DNA of 64,000 bases from the human T2T-CHM13v2.0 reference genome, Homo sapiens: NCBI RefSeq assembly GCF_009914755.1, contig NC_060929.1; one strand, 5' to 3'. Under the pieces are notes generated by a model. The model did no database searches. It saw nothing but the letters and a program-made list of their open reading frames with translations, and had not been told where the DNA came from. This document shows, piece by piece, positions 26,972-41,168 of this stretch. The number at the start of each line of letters is the position of its first letter. Within the stretch, counting starts at the first letter, position 1. Made by a program: the position numbers and the translations under genes.

Positions 26972-29182
26972 TCCAGCAGTTCTTAAAATGTGTCTTGATT
27001 GTTCGGTGTTCACTTAAGTTTAAAAAGCAGTTTTAATATTGCTTCTTATCTGCAGGAAAAGCCATTACGTAGGAATTAACAGTACATTACAAAAGAGTGG
27101 ATGGGAACTACTCATTTTATGTGACAGCCACATCTTGCTTCAAGCCACATACCCTGAAACTTCTAGGCAACAAGAGAAGGGAATATGTGGCCTAGCAATG
27201 TTTGACAGAGAAAAATATCTGTTTCTCTTTCTTTGAATACAGAAAAGAGATCTGTAGCCAGTAGGAAGCAAGATTTGTTTAATGTTTGAAATGGAGCGTG
27301 GCTTGTGTTTTTATCTTTGAATACTGTCTGCTGGCTGTAGATATAGAAAGAAAATAGAGCAAGGCCCCAGAGCCTGGCACTGTGGGTTGGCCTGATGACT
27401 GCACTGTGTCCAGGTCTTACTAACCAGAGAAGGGCAAACTGATTTATAAGACTTACTTGCTGGCCCACAGATGAAGTAAAATGTCAGCTTTGTTACTCTG
27501 CCATAAAGCTCTGTACTGGACAGCAAGTTTGAAATAACATTAGCTGAAACACCAGTGGGTAGGAAACCCATAAAGGACAGATTTATTACAAAATACAAGA
27601 AATACAAGTTTCCAGTGTTTTTTTTTTTTAAGTTTTGAAATCAATACATTATGGGTAACAACTGATTCAGGGGTTTTGTATGTTTCTCTTGGAAATCTTG
27701 ACATTTTTCAAGGGGTTGTGTACACACTCAGTATTGCTGTCTAGCCTTCTGTCAATTCTGATAGTATCTAATGGGACAAACATCTCTACACCTTTTCTGA
27801 CATTTCAAGCTGGTAGTATACTCCTTCTGTTGCTAAGGCAACCCACTGGATGAACACTAGGGGTGGAGAGAATGTTCTTTAGATCCTATGGCACTTGTTA
27901 TGATGGTAAATCGATAAAATTGTTTTACGGTTCTCAGCTATATATATGTATATTATTTGTGAAGCTTTAAATCCTTAATTTTAAAATGTCTTCTTTGTCT
28001 TACATTCCTTTTGTAGTTTTTAATTTTTGAGGAATATGTTTTCTGGCAGTAAAGAATTTAATATAGAATTAAACTTCTAAGGAAAAGGACTCCTCTCCCC
28101 CCAATCATTTGAATTCATTTTTCAGTTTAAGTAGGTAAACTCTTATTGAACACATTCTCTGTTTAAGGTACTACATGTTAAATAAGAAACAGCAGCTTAA
28201 CTCTTCCTTAAAAAATAAGCTTCCTACTTTTGTCTGGCAACAATGGCCCTTATACTGGAATAGAGAATTACGCACTTACTCTCACTTCTGGGAAATAGAA
28301 CGTAGAGTTGGATTCCGGTCGCTCTCTCTCCCTCAATTATAATTTTCAAGAACAAAAAATGTAAATGGAAGCAAACAGCCTACCCAATGTGCTTCCCAAA
28401 GGATTCGGGACTGTAGAAGGTTTTTGAAGTCCCATTCCTGCTTACCTCCTCTGGGGCTTTTCTCCCCTTAAAACGTAGCAGGATGCATATAGCAGTTTTT
28501 GCTTGCACGCAGGGGATTAAAGCTGAATTTAAAAAATGACAGTAACCAAGGAATATCTTCATAACCTTGAAGGAGAAAGTTAAAATTTTGCTATTCTCAT
28601 AGATTTCTTAATGGGATTTGAATGCTGGCAGTTGTCCTTGTACTATTTTATCTACAAACCAAATGAAATATTGGTTTGTAGATAAAACATTGGTTTTAAA
28701 ACTACCAATGTTTGGAGGTTAAAATCCCCACGATTGAAAAAGTTGGGTAGGAGAGATCTGGGGAGGAGAGTGAGGCAGGGAGCCAGAAGAGATGGTACAT
28801 TCTTAGGGAAATGAATAATTGTGCATCCTGTTCCAAAGTCCCCCTTTACTTGGCCCAGTGTTGTTTAAGAGGCCTTGTCTTGACTCTCTCAAATATAAGC
28901 CTTGGTGTGGGGATGAAGCTGTATGGATAGAAACCTCAAAAAATCTTCTGTAATCCTACCCTAGGTCCCCATATACCTACTGTCCTTTTCCACACCTATA
29001 ACTGTAGTTGCTTTTATTTTGCAAGTTTGACATGAGAATGTATGTGTACTGTGAGTGGCGACACATCAGGTCAATATCTGGAGGAGAGGAGAAGCATGAG
29101 TGACGGATGTGAGCCTGGGTCCTTAGAATTTGCTCAGCTCAAGTTCCTTCTGCTTATTTTTCCCTCACTCTCAATTTGTTGA

Positions 29183-29443
29183 TTTTTTTTAAGATGGGGT
29201 GTCGCTGTATTGCCCAGGCTGGTCTCAGACTTCTGGGCTCAAGTGATTCTCTTTCCTCATCCTCCCTAGTAACTGGGACTATAGGTGTGTGCCACCACAA
29301 CTGGGTAATTTTTTTTTTTTTTTTTTAGAGATGAAGGTCTTGCTATATTTCTCAGGCTGGTCTCCAACTCCTGGGCTCAAACGATCCTCCTACCTCAGCC
29401 TCTGAGTAGCTGGGACTACAGGAATGAGCCACCACACCTGGCT
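29183..29443 (-). mobile_element. Tandem FLAM-type monomers (atypical Alu dimer)
   Basis: Both halves read caggctggtctc...ctgggctcaa and lack the right-arm gagtgcagtggc insert. Confidence 0.75.
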
Positions 29444-29469
29444 GGTTCTATCTTTCCTTGCCCTCTTTA

Positions 29470-29871
<402 letters not shown>

Positions 29872-30099
29872 TTATAATAGGAGATACAGGTATATAAGTA
29901 TTACATGAGTCAATTCCTGATTTTTAAAAAGTAGTCCCCAATTCTTGTAGTATATGACTCTCCTATGTTTCTTGTCAACACATTTAATTTTTATAGTCTT
30001 GATTTTTTTTTTGTTGTTGGCTTTAATGTATTTTTCCTTGACAAGTACATGAGATATATCACTGCAGTTGGGGCCAATTCAAGCCATCCTTTGTATAAT

Positions 30100-30325
30100 G
30101 AGAGGCATAATAGTTAAGAACTTGAGTTTTGGAGGTGGAAAAATCTAGGTTCAAATCCTTCATGTTCCATATACTACTTAAGTGAGCCTAAGCAATTGCA
30201 TAATTATGTCAAGGCTTAGTTTCTGCCCCTATAAAATAAGGATAGTAATAGTACATACATCATAGAATGGCTGTCAGGATTAAATGAGATAACGCATATA
30301 AAGTGCTGAATAAAGGTTAGCTCTT
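30100..30325 (+). mobile_element. MIR SINE
   Basis: tagttaagaac...ggttcaaatcc...aggattaaatgagataa. Confidence 0.75.
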
Positions 30326-31384
30326 TATAGAAACAAGAAAGGTAAAATCCTTATCATAGTCACTGACACTGAGTAAGAATGAAAGAAGAAATGTTGGTGT
30401 GGTGGTTCATTTCTTTTTTTCATTCATGGATAATCGTTGTCCATCTGTATTCCTGGTTGACTTTTTTCCAACCTCCCCTTCCTCCCTCCAGATATGGCAG
30501 CATCTTTTATACTGATTTCCGGTTTGGTTTATCCCATTTACCTTCCTCTTCTAGTCTCACCAGAATATCCCTTGTTGATTGTGCCTTACAGGTGAAGGAA
30601 AGGATGAAATCATCCATTGAAGCTGTAGCTCATACCCAAAGAGTGTAATATTTCTAATATTTCTCAATCCGGGACTTTGGACACAAGACACTGGCTTCCA
30701 GTGCAAGGGCACTCAATGGACCCTGCCTGGCTGTAGGCGAATGGCCAGTTTCCTGGTTGTCTTTGAAGGCAGACTTCCAATGCAGACTTCAAAGGGCCAT
30801 CTGCGAGGCATGATGAGTCCACACTTTTTCTGCTTGTCAATAATAAAATTAGACTGCAATGTATTTTCATTTGTCTCCCAAACAGAACAGGGTCCCTGGA
30901 GAGTCAAGTGGGAGGGCGTCTGAGAATTCTAGCTCATCTGGGGTATAAGGGGAGATCTTGCAGAAGAGTGCCTGCACACAGTTGGCTATCAGCAAATATC
31001 TGTTGAGTGAAATGAATGGTGGACTTGAATCATAGCCTTGAAGCAACATTAACAAATGAAAGAAAAATCGATAAAGGCTGGAAAGGAGGAGGTATGCCAT
31101 AATTGCTACTTACAACACCTAATGACCGCCTGCTGCCCAAAGCATGGGATTACAGCACATTTGTCTTAATAGCACATCTGATGCAATTACAGTGCACGGT
31201 AAGCAGGCAGCTAGTTCCTTACAATTATGCCTTTAAATTGTGACCACAGGAAAATTGTTTTCAGACATACCACATATCTATTTAGTGACTGTTTATTGTA
31301 GTTTTTTTGTATTAAAAAGATCAGACAAATGTGTAAAACTGCTTAGTCCCCCCAATACTGGCTTTTATAGTTCTTGACAGCCCT

Positions 31385-31585
31385 GTCCCATTTGTTATTT
31401 TCATTACAGCCCCCTGGCAATCCCAGGTAGTAGGCTGGGCAGTTATCATGTCCGTTTTACAGATCAAGCAACTTGAAACTTGAGAATTAAATGGCTTTCC
31501 ATTTCATTCTAGCTGTTAGCTGGAGGCTTGCTATGTGTTCAAATCCAGAGCTTTGAATCCTTGGTCTCCCCATCTTTGTACCATA
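31385..31585 (-). mobile_element. MIR SINE
   Basis: ccgttttacagat...ttcaaatccagagc. Confidence 0.55.
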
Positions 31586-32538
31586 CAGTGTTGTATCTGG
31601 ATTCTTAATATCTTATACTGGTGGCTATATGCATAATTTAGTTTGGAAATATCCTCAGAATGTGAAGGTCAAAAATTGAGTTGCCATCTTGAAATTCTGA
31701 TGAAGACTTTTTAAAGTTGCAACTGATTTAGTATTCGTTCCACAAGCTAAAATAAAGTATATCTTGCCAATATGAGATGCAAAATCCAGGAAGTACATTC
31801 CAGTGTTATACAGCACTATGTGAATTTTCTGGAATGAATGTGTGTGTGATGGGTGTTTTCCCAAATTATTTTCAGGTGATTTTCAGCCGGAGGTGGTTGT
31901 AATATGAGTGTCTCGACTGTGCTGAAGCAGAAAACAAGTTTTAGGGAGGAAAAACCTGCCATTATGCTTGTTTCAGTCCTCCTCCTCTACCTTTTGGGCT
32001 TATGATCCAGCCATGCCAACCATGTTGGTCTTGCGCTCTGTGGAATGTCCTGATTTCATGTCTTTCTTATGAGTGTGTTTGTATTTGCAGTTCCTATCCT
32101 GGACTCACCAACCTCAGATCTCCTGTTTACAAAAGGCTGATTTGTTTATCTACATGCCAGAGCTCTGAGTAGGCTGTGTAAATGGAAGATGCTCTAAGGC
32201 ACAACCCTTTTCTCATTCTTATTGAGAATCCTGAAAACATCTTAAAGATTGTGTATGATACCCATGCCAAATTCTCTCTTCTACTCTCTATGTAAATTTT
32301 TAATAATTTTTTTCATTGTACTTTTTGTTCATCATTTTTGGCATTTTATAAATATCTGTAAATTTTCATATCATGATACATGATGTAGGTTGAATTAATT
32401 TAACATGCAGATTTGTTTTCTTGTAGTCCAGACAGTTTCCTTACTTCTATTCACATTCTTTGTGTCTAGAACTACAAACAATGAAGTAAGCCTAGAGCTG
32501 TAGTTCATCACATAGTGATTTCATGGGCCAGATATTTA

Positions 32539-32930
32539 TAGACAGTCCCTGATTTATGATGGTTTGATTTATGATTTTGATTTTATCATTGTGTGAAATG
32601 TGATGGTGTGAAAGCAATATACATTCAGTAGAAAGTGTACTTCAAATTTTGAATTTTGACCTTTTCCTGGGCTAGGCCATATGCAGTATGATACTCTTGT
32701 GATGCTGGACAGTAACGGTGAGCCACGGCTCCCAGTCAGCCAGCCACACAATCACAAGAGTAATCAGTCAATACTCCACAGTGCATTGTGTGGCCAGTGG
32801 TTTTTGGATATTGTGTTTTGTGTTTGGCCATCCCATCATATCTACAAAACACCTATTTTCAACTTACACTATTTTCTACTTATGACTGGTTTATTGAGAT
32901 ATAATTCCATCGTAAGTCAAAGAGTATCTG
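32539..32930 (-). mobile_element. MER47-type (TcMar-Tigger) DNA transposon
   Basis: Imperfect TIRs (c/t)agacagtccctgatttatgatgg / ccatcgtaagtcaaagagtatctg with TA TSDs. Confidence 0.8.
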
Positions 32931-33131
32931 TATTTTATTCTGAACAAAAGTAAGCTAGCTGTATGCTTCTCAAGGGCAGGGACCACCACACTCATCTTTG
33001 TATCCACAGGGCCTGGCAGATAATAATGGTCTCATTCAATGTTTGTCTACTGAATGACTTAGATGAACAAATTGAGACCTGCATGAATACATATGTGGCT
33101 TTGGAAATCAGAATAAAACTTATTTTAATGA

Positions 33132-33547
<416 letters not shown>

Positions 33548-33869
33548 TCAGGTGTTGTGAAACATTACTTAGCCCTAAAAAATATAAGTACTTCTGAATT
33601 AACTTGTATTGAAAAATATTATTTGCTTTTAGATTATGGTATCCATCACATTTTTGCTTTAATATTTTGCTAAATGTTTAAGCTCTTTCCTGGTTTAGCA
33701 GTAAGTAATGTAGGTTAAAAATAACTTGTAAAACTCACAGAAAACTCTTTTTGTTGTTCTTTGGTAAAATCTTATACCTAATAGATCTTAATTAAGAGCT
33801 GACTGGGTAGGCTGTGTTATAAAAGGAAGATATAGGTTTGTATTTTGCTAACCACTTATTAATTTAAAT

Positions 33870-33990
33870 TAGCAGATCCCAACTCTGGCTTTGCATTGGA
33901 ATCACTTGAGAATATTTGGAAAAGTGTGATGACTTGGCCCTGCCCCAGAAGTTCTGATTTAATTTTTCTGGAGAGGGCCTTAAACATCAG
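33870..33990. mobile_element. MER5A-like hAT fragment
   Basis: tggctttgcattggaatcac...ccccagaagttctgatttaatt. Confidence 0.65.
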
Positions 33991-34197
33991 TCTTATTAAA
34001 AAATAATAAAATAAGTTAAATAATTAACCAAGGTCTCCAGAACTCACAATCACTGCTAGAGGCAATGTAAGTTATTACCACCATTTTTGGAAAACACAGC
34101 AGCATTATCTAATACATTTAGAGAAACTAATATCTCATAGCAAATCTGTTCCATAGCAATTCCATTCCTACCTATAAACCCTAGCAAGAAAACATGC
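33990..34197 (+). repeat. Left arm of ~200-bp inverted repeat (largely L1ME-derived)
   Basis: Reverse complement of 36947-37144, about 90% identical by hand alignment. Confidence 0.92.
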
Positions 34198-36460
34198 TGA
34201 TATGGTTTGGCTGTGTCCCCACCCAAATCTCACCTTGAATTGTAACTCCCACAATTCCTACATGTCATGAGAGAAACTGGTGTGAGGTGATTGAATTATC
34301 GGGGTGGGTCTTTCCTGTACTATACTCATGATAGTGAATGAGTCTCATGAGATCTGATGGTTTTTAAAATAGGAGTTTCCCTGCACAAGCTCTCTCTCTT
34401 GCCGCCACCATGTAAGAAGTGCCTTTTGCCTTCTGCTGTGATTGTGAGGCCTCCCTAGCCACATGGAATTGTAAGTCCATTAAACCACTTTCTTTTGTAA
34501 ATTGCCCAGTCTCAGGTATGTCTTTATCAGCAGCATGAAAATGGATTAATAGAGTAAATTGGTACCACTAGAGTGGGGTGCTGCTGAACAGATACCTGAA
34601 AATGTGGAAGCAACTTTGGAACTGGGTAACAGGCAGGGGTTGGAACAATTTGGAGGGCTCAGAAGAAGACAGGAAAATGTGCAAAAGTTTGGAACTTCCT
34701 AGAGACTTGTTGAATGGCTTTGCCCAAAATGATTATAGCAATATGGACAATAAATTCCAGGCTGAGGTAGTCTCTGATGGAAATGAGGAACTTGTTGAGA
34801 ACTGGAGCGAAGGTTACGTTTTAGCAAAGAGACTGACAGCATTTTGCTCCTGTGCTAGAGATTCGTGGAATTTTGAACTTGAGAGCCATGATTTAGGGCA
34901 TCTGGCGGAAGAAATTTCTAAGCAGCAAAGCCTTCAAGAAGTGACTTGGGTGCTGTTAAAGGCATTCAGTTTTATAAGGGAAGCAGAGCATAAAAGTTTG
35001 GAAAATTTTTGGCCTGACAATGCAATAGAAAAGAAAATCCCATTTTCTGAGGAGAAATTCAAGCTGGCTGCAGAAATTTGTATAAGTAATGAAGAACTGA
35101 ATATTAATCCCCAAGACAATGGGGAAAATGTCTCCAGGGCATGTCAGAGGGCTTCATGGGAGCCCCTCCCATTATAGGCCCAGAGGCCTAGGAGGAAATG
35201 GTTTCATGGGCTGGGCCCAGGGTCCCCATGTTGTGCAGCCTAGGGACTTGGTGCCTGGCATCCCAGCTGCTCCAGCCGTAGCTGAAAGGAACCAACACAG
35301 AACTCGGGCCATGGCTTCTGAGGCTGCAAACCTCAAGCCTTGGCAGCCTCCACATGGTGTTGAACCTGCAAGTGCACAGAAGTCAAGAATTGAGGTTTGG
35401 GAACCTAGATTTCAAAGAATGTATGGAAATGCCTGTATGTCCATGGCAAAAGTTTGCTGCAGGGGTGGGGCTTTCATGGAGGACCTCTGCTAGGGTAGTG
35501 TGGATGGGAAATGTGAGGTGGGACCCCCCACACAGAGTTCCTACTGGGACACTGCCTAGTGGAGCTGTGAGAAGAGGGCCACAATCTTCCAGACCCCAGA
35601 ATGGTAGATCCACTGACAGCTTGCGCTGTGTGCCTGGAAAAGCCACAGACACTCAATATCAGCCCATGAAAGCAGCTGGGAGGGAGGCTTTACCCTGCAA
35701 AGCCACAGGGGCAGAGCTGCCCAAGACCATGGGAAACCACCTCTTGCATCAGTGTGACCTGGATATGAGACATGGAGTCAAAGGAGATCATTTTTGGAGC
35801 TTTAAGATTTGACTGCTCCACTGAATTTCAGACTTGCGTAGGGCCTGTAGCCTCTTTGTTTTGGCCAATTTTTCCCATTTGGAGTGAGTGTATTTACCCA
35901 ATGCCTGTAACCCCATTGTATCTAGGAAGTAACTAGCTTGCTTTTGATTTTACAGGCTCATAGGCAGAAGGGGCTTGCCTTGTCTCAGATGAGACTTTTG
36001 ACTGTGGACTTTTGAGTTAATGCTGAAATGAGTTAAGACTTTGAGGGACCATTGGGAAGGCATGATTGGGTTTAAAATGTAATTTGGGAGGGGCCAGGGG
36101 AAGAATGATATGATTTGGCTGTGTCCTCACCCAAATCTCATCTTGAATTATAACTCCCACAATTCCCATGTATCATGGGAGGAACCTGGTAAGAGGTGAT
36201 TGAATTATGGGGATGGGTCTTTCCTGCACTGTTCTCATGATAGTGAATGAGGCTCACGAGATCTGATAGTTTTCAAGATGGGAGTTTCCCTGCACAAGCT
36301 CCCTCTTGCCGCTGCCATGTAAGAAGTGCCTTTTGCCTTCCACCATGATTGTGAGGCCTCCCTAGCCATATGGAACTGTAAGTCCATTAAACCTCTTTCT
36401 TTTGTAAATTGCCCAGTCTCAGGTATGTCTTTATCAGCAGCATGAAAATGGACTAATACA
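34198..36460 (+). mobile_element. Full-length THE1 (THE1B-like) MaLR retroelement: 5' LTR 34198-34553, internal 34554-36105, 3' LTR 36106-36460
   Basis: Both LTRs run TGATATG...CTAATACA-like. Internal region starts gtaaattggtacc and ends in a polypurine tract. Internal ORF remnant at 34578-35177. Degenerate TSD catgc/cacac. Confidence 0.95.
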
Positions 36461-36589
36461 CACACAAATATCAGAAAAAATATTTTACCCTGTGTCTGTA
36501 TGTGTATATATATATGTGTGTGTGTGAGAGAGAGAGGCAGAGGGAGACAGAGACAGAAAAACAGAGAGATACACTCATACCAATGGACC

Positions 36590-37100
36590 TCAGGAGTGCA
36601 AATACCCCTCCTCCTTTCCTAGTCACATTCTTCTCTTTTTCCTAACAGGTATTGTGCTGACTTTTATAGTAGCCATTTCCTTGCTTTTCTTTACAGTGTT
36701 ACAACGTATGTATATATGCCTAAGTAATAATTTTAACTTTTACTCTTCTTGAACTTCATATTAATTGAAACATATCCTGTGTATTTTGTGACTTGATTTT
36801 TCCCTTTTGACATTATATTCATTACTTCCTTCTGTGTTAATCTGTAATTCATTTTGATTGTTAGAATATTGTTGTATGATTGCACTGCAATTTATTCCAT
36901 TGATGAACATTAAGATTACTTTGAATTTTGACCATTTATATTTTTTGCATGGTTTCTTGCTAGGGTTTATAGGTAGGAATGGAATTGTTGTGGACTGGAT
37001 TTGCGTTAGTTTCTCTGACTTTATTAGATAATGTTGCTGTGTTTTCCAAAGGGGTTGTAACAGTTTACATTTCCTCTAGCAGTGATTGTGAGTTCTGGAG
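36590..37100 (-). mobile_element. Old L1ME-like fragment (contains most of the right inverted arm)
   Basis: taggaatggaattg...ttttccaaaggggttgtaacagtttacattt. Confidence 0.65.
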
Positions 37101-37144
37101 ACCTTGGTTAATTATTTAACCTATTTTATTATTTTTTAATAGAC
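36947..37144 (-). repeat. Right arm of ~200-bp inverted repeat
   Basis: Reverse complement of 33990-34197. Confidence 0.92.
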
Positions 37145-37296
37145 ATTTTAAGAACAGGTTTAGGTTCATGGCAAAATTGAGTGGAAGATACAGATATTTC
37201 CCATATATTCCCTGCCCCTACACATGCACAGCCTCCCCTATTATCAATACGCCCCACAGAGTGGCACATTTGGTTATGATCGATTAGCCTACATTT
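37120..37296 (-). mobile_element. L1MC1/2-type 3' end fragment
   Basis: ggtttaggttcatggcaaaattgag...cacatgcacagcctcccc motif. Confidence 0.75.
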
Positions 37297-38573
37297 GAGA
37301 GGTTAATTTATTCTTTAATCTTCCAAGCTAAGCCTTTGGCTAATTGAAAGGTATGGCCAGATCTTGTGTGGATATGGTAATGGTTCTAAATTGACCAGTA
37401 ACAAAACCACTTTCCTTTAGTAACACTTAAACTGTCTGACCTTCCTTGCCCTTGTGCTTCAGATGCCTGGAAGCTTTGACCTGTGCTGTTTTTGCAGATA
37501 GTAACCATAGAGTTAGGACAGGATTGAATACTCTTAGGAACCTTGGATCTTTATTGTGACAGACTCATTTCATGGGCAAAGAAACTGATGCCCGGCAGAG
37601 TGAGAAGCACAAACTCTACACTCCCTTCCTATCTGGGGCAGATGGACTCCTGTTATGCAGTAAGGAATGGCTTATTGAATGGCACAGCCTGTTCAGTTCC
37701 TTTTTGTGTCTTGGTTTTCATGCTCTCATGATGTTATAGGTCGTACCTTTTAATGTTTGCCATTACAGCAATTATTAGTAATTCTGCATTGGTTACATTA
37801 GTTCAAATAACTCCTGGCACCAACCAAACAGGAAGAGACATTTATTTAGTTTAAGAAATTATTTTAAACACTCCCACCTCTGCCAAATTGTATAACCTCT
37901 TTCCACAGTTTGTTTTGCTGGCTGCCGTTAAGAAATCTGAAACTCTATAACAGGCAGAATTATTTATATATGTCATGATGCTTCCTATTTCAAGCTGTTT
38001 GCCTCGCTCTGCACTCTGAACTTTCATACTGAATGAGAAAGCTCTCTCTTACAACATTTTGGTCAGTTTTTATTTGTTTTCTTTAAACATCAGAAGATTC
38101 TCTCTTCCCCTGCCTTACCTCCTCCCCGGGAAGTGGGTAGATTCTCAGAAAGAGAGGCAACAGTGAGCCATTCAGGCCTGCATGTTTACTGTTCTCTCTC
38201 ATTGAACAAGATGTGAGGATGGAGCCAGAAGGAGAGAAGAGGGAGCTGGATTAGCAGAACAAGCTTGGAGAGCTCTCCTGGTAGAGGAAACAGATCTGCC
38301 CACACTCACACTGTTGGTCAGGTTGAATACAGTGAAATACACTCCAGGTTCAATGGTATTTAGGGCATTGCACCAGACATGGCAGAAAGTGTTACTTAAA
38401 TTGATACCATGCTTTCCTTTACCAATGGTATAATTTGAAAAGGGAACACAAAAGGTTTAGATGTTCCCTTTTGATCATTTTTTTGGGAGGGGAAAGAAAA
38501 TTACAATCCATACAACTATGGAATATTTCTCACTATATTCAGATTAGGAGATATGTCTTAGAAATTCCATCCG

Positions 38574-38889
<316 letters not shown>

Positions 38890-39702
38890 TTAGTATGCCT
38901 GGTTAATATCTCATGCTGACAGGTTTTCCTGTGTTGGGGAGTACACATGCACATATGTGTGCATATGTATATTTGTTACCTGATCTTAACAAGTCTATTC
39001 CTGGTTATTATTTAAAAAGGAAGAAAAATACAAATATTATCCAACATTTTAGATACCCTGCTGGGAATCTAAAAACAAAAACCTCACTTTTTATTCAAAG
39101 GAGTATAATGGTCAAAAGTTAAAGGATAAAATAGTCAAAGATAAGTTCTCTAATAGCTAACATAGTTTTTTAATTTTCATAAAGCTGAAGATATCAAGTA
39201 TATTAAACAAATGTCTGGCAGGAGTGTATTGCCTTGTCTGTTTTTAGATATTTTGGTATTTTGAATGTTATTTTACTGAGGGGAAGTGTTCCATGTCACA
39301 CAGATGATTGATAGAGTAAATATACTGGTAAGTTGGTGGCATTTCACTGTGATGAGTTCATTTACATATTTTAAGTATAATGCCTTACATTCATTGATCT
39401 AGCTATCTATATATCTATAGATATAGATATATAAATAATTAAAAATGTAAACTAAGCCTTTTATTTGCATTCATTTATGGTGGAGTGTTTCCTTCTAATT
39501 GTTTCAAATTAGAGCTTTGTAGAAACCTGGCTTCCCAAGTATCATCATTACCACAGCCTGCAGGTAGGACAAAGCTGAGTTTATTGCCTACTATGGTATG
39601 GGAGAACACCACCTCCACAGGGCCTTAGAGGTGTCTTGAAGGGGGAGCTGTGAGGTGAGGTGAGAATTTATTGAGAACTTGAAGTTTGGCTTAATGAGGG
39701 TC

Positions 39703-39991
39703 TTTTTTTTGAGACAGGGCCTCACTTTGTGGCCCAGGTTGGCATGCAGTGGTGCAATCTCCACTCACTGCAACCTCTGCCTCCTGGGCTCAAGCGATCC
39801 TCCCACCTCAGCCTGCTGATTAGCTGGGACCACAGGCGAGTGCCACCATGCCTGTTTAATTTTTGTATTTTTTGTGGACAGTGGGTTTTACCACATTCAC
39901 CAGGCTGGTCTTGAGCTCCTGGGCTCAAGTGATCCTCCCGCGTTGGCCTCCCAAAGTGCTGGGATTAAGGCATTAGCCACCACGCCTGGCC
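39703..39991 (-). mobile_element. Alu (AluJb-like)
   Basis: Antisense dimer with ctcctgggctcaagtgatcc. Confidence 0.9.
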
Positions 39992-41168
39992 TTATAAGGG
40001 TTTTTAATGTTGGGGATGGTGGTGGGTGGGGCATGTTGGACAGGAAAGGAGCTTGATCAGGACTCGGGAAGGATCATAATGTAGTTAGGATTGCTTTTAG
40101 GGTTCAAACTGCCTTTTATTGGTTTCTACTGAACAGTTGGTTAGTCTTGTGGAAGGTTCCTATAATGAGCAATCATTCATTTGCCTGGGCAAGTGGCTCC
40201 TGGAATAGTAAAATTGTGCTAATGAAGATAATGGAATAGTAAGATAGCGTTAATATGGACAGGAAACTGTGGAGAAGTAGGTCATTTTGTTCTCAGTGTC
40301 CATTTTACAGTGAACAATTCAGTGTACAGACTATTCAAACTAAGTAATTTAAATACACACAAACCGTAGAGATTTTGACAGCCAATTGTCATTCAACTCC
40401 TCAAATGCTAAATGGCTTTCATTTGCCAGATACTGTGCTAGGTATTAGGAATAAAATACCTCAAGGACCCCTCCGCCTGGAAGATGACAACAGAGAGCGG
40501 CAAACACCACAGTGGAGCTGATGCACACGGACCGACCAAGGGCCCTCTGTGCAGGGGCCTTACAGGTCGAGCCTCCTGAGCAGAGCAACGGGGTGGCTTT
40601 GGCAATATTGACATAATCTCAGGGATTTAGTAGATGGGTAGAAGCACTGCTGTGAAGTTTGAGAATGACCCATATGAAGCCATTTCTCTTGCGGCTTCTT
40701 ATCAGGGGAGGAGCAGCTCTGAGGACAAAGGGTGGAAACGGAGGTCCCTCTACAGTCTCAGCCTCTAAAAGCCTCCCTGCCTGAGCAGCAGGATCTCCTC
40801 AAGGAACTCTTTGCATATCAACAAGTGTCTGTTTCCAAAGGATGGTCCTTTCCTAGAACCTGCTTCCCTAGATGACTGCACTGCATGTCTAGTGAAAGAT
40901 GACGTGAATGTGTAGTGCAATGGGTGGAAAGAACACTCTACCTGTGCTCAGCGGACCTGGCCCCAGCACCTACTGCCTACCTGGGCATTCACAAAAATCT
41001 TGAACTCTCCAAATTTGTAAAATGAGATACAGTGATTGGGTGCCATTGTTAATTTCTTCCAACTCTGACGTTCTTATTATGTCTAAATACACTGTCCCTT
41101 TGATAAAATGTGTAAAACAAACTTTGTAAATGGAGGAACTAATATGGTATGTGTTTTTTCCTCTTCAG

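Noticed and set aside
34578-35812. 199-, 124- and 152-aa ORFs
   Set aside because: Frameshifted remnants of the generic THE1 internal ORF, not a novel gene.
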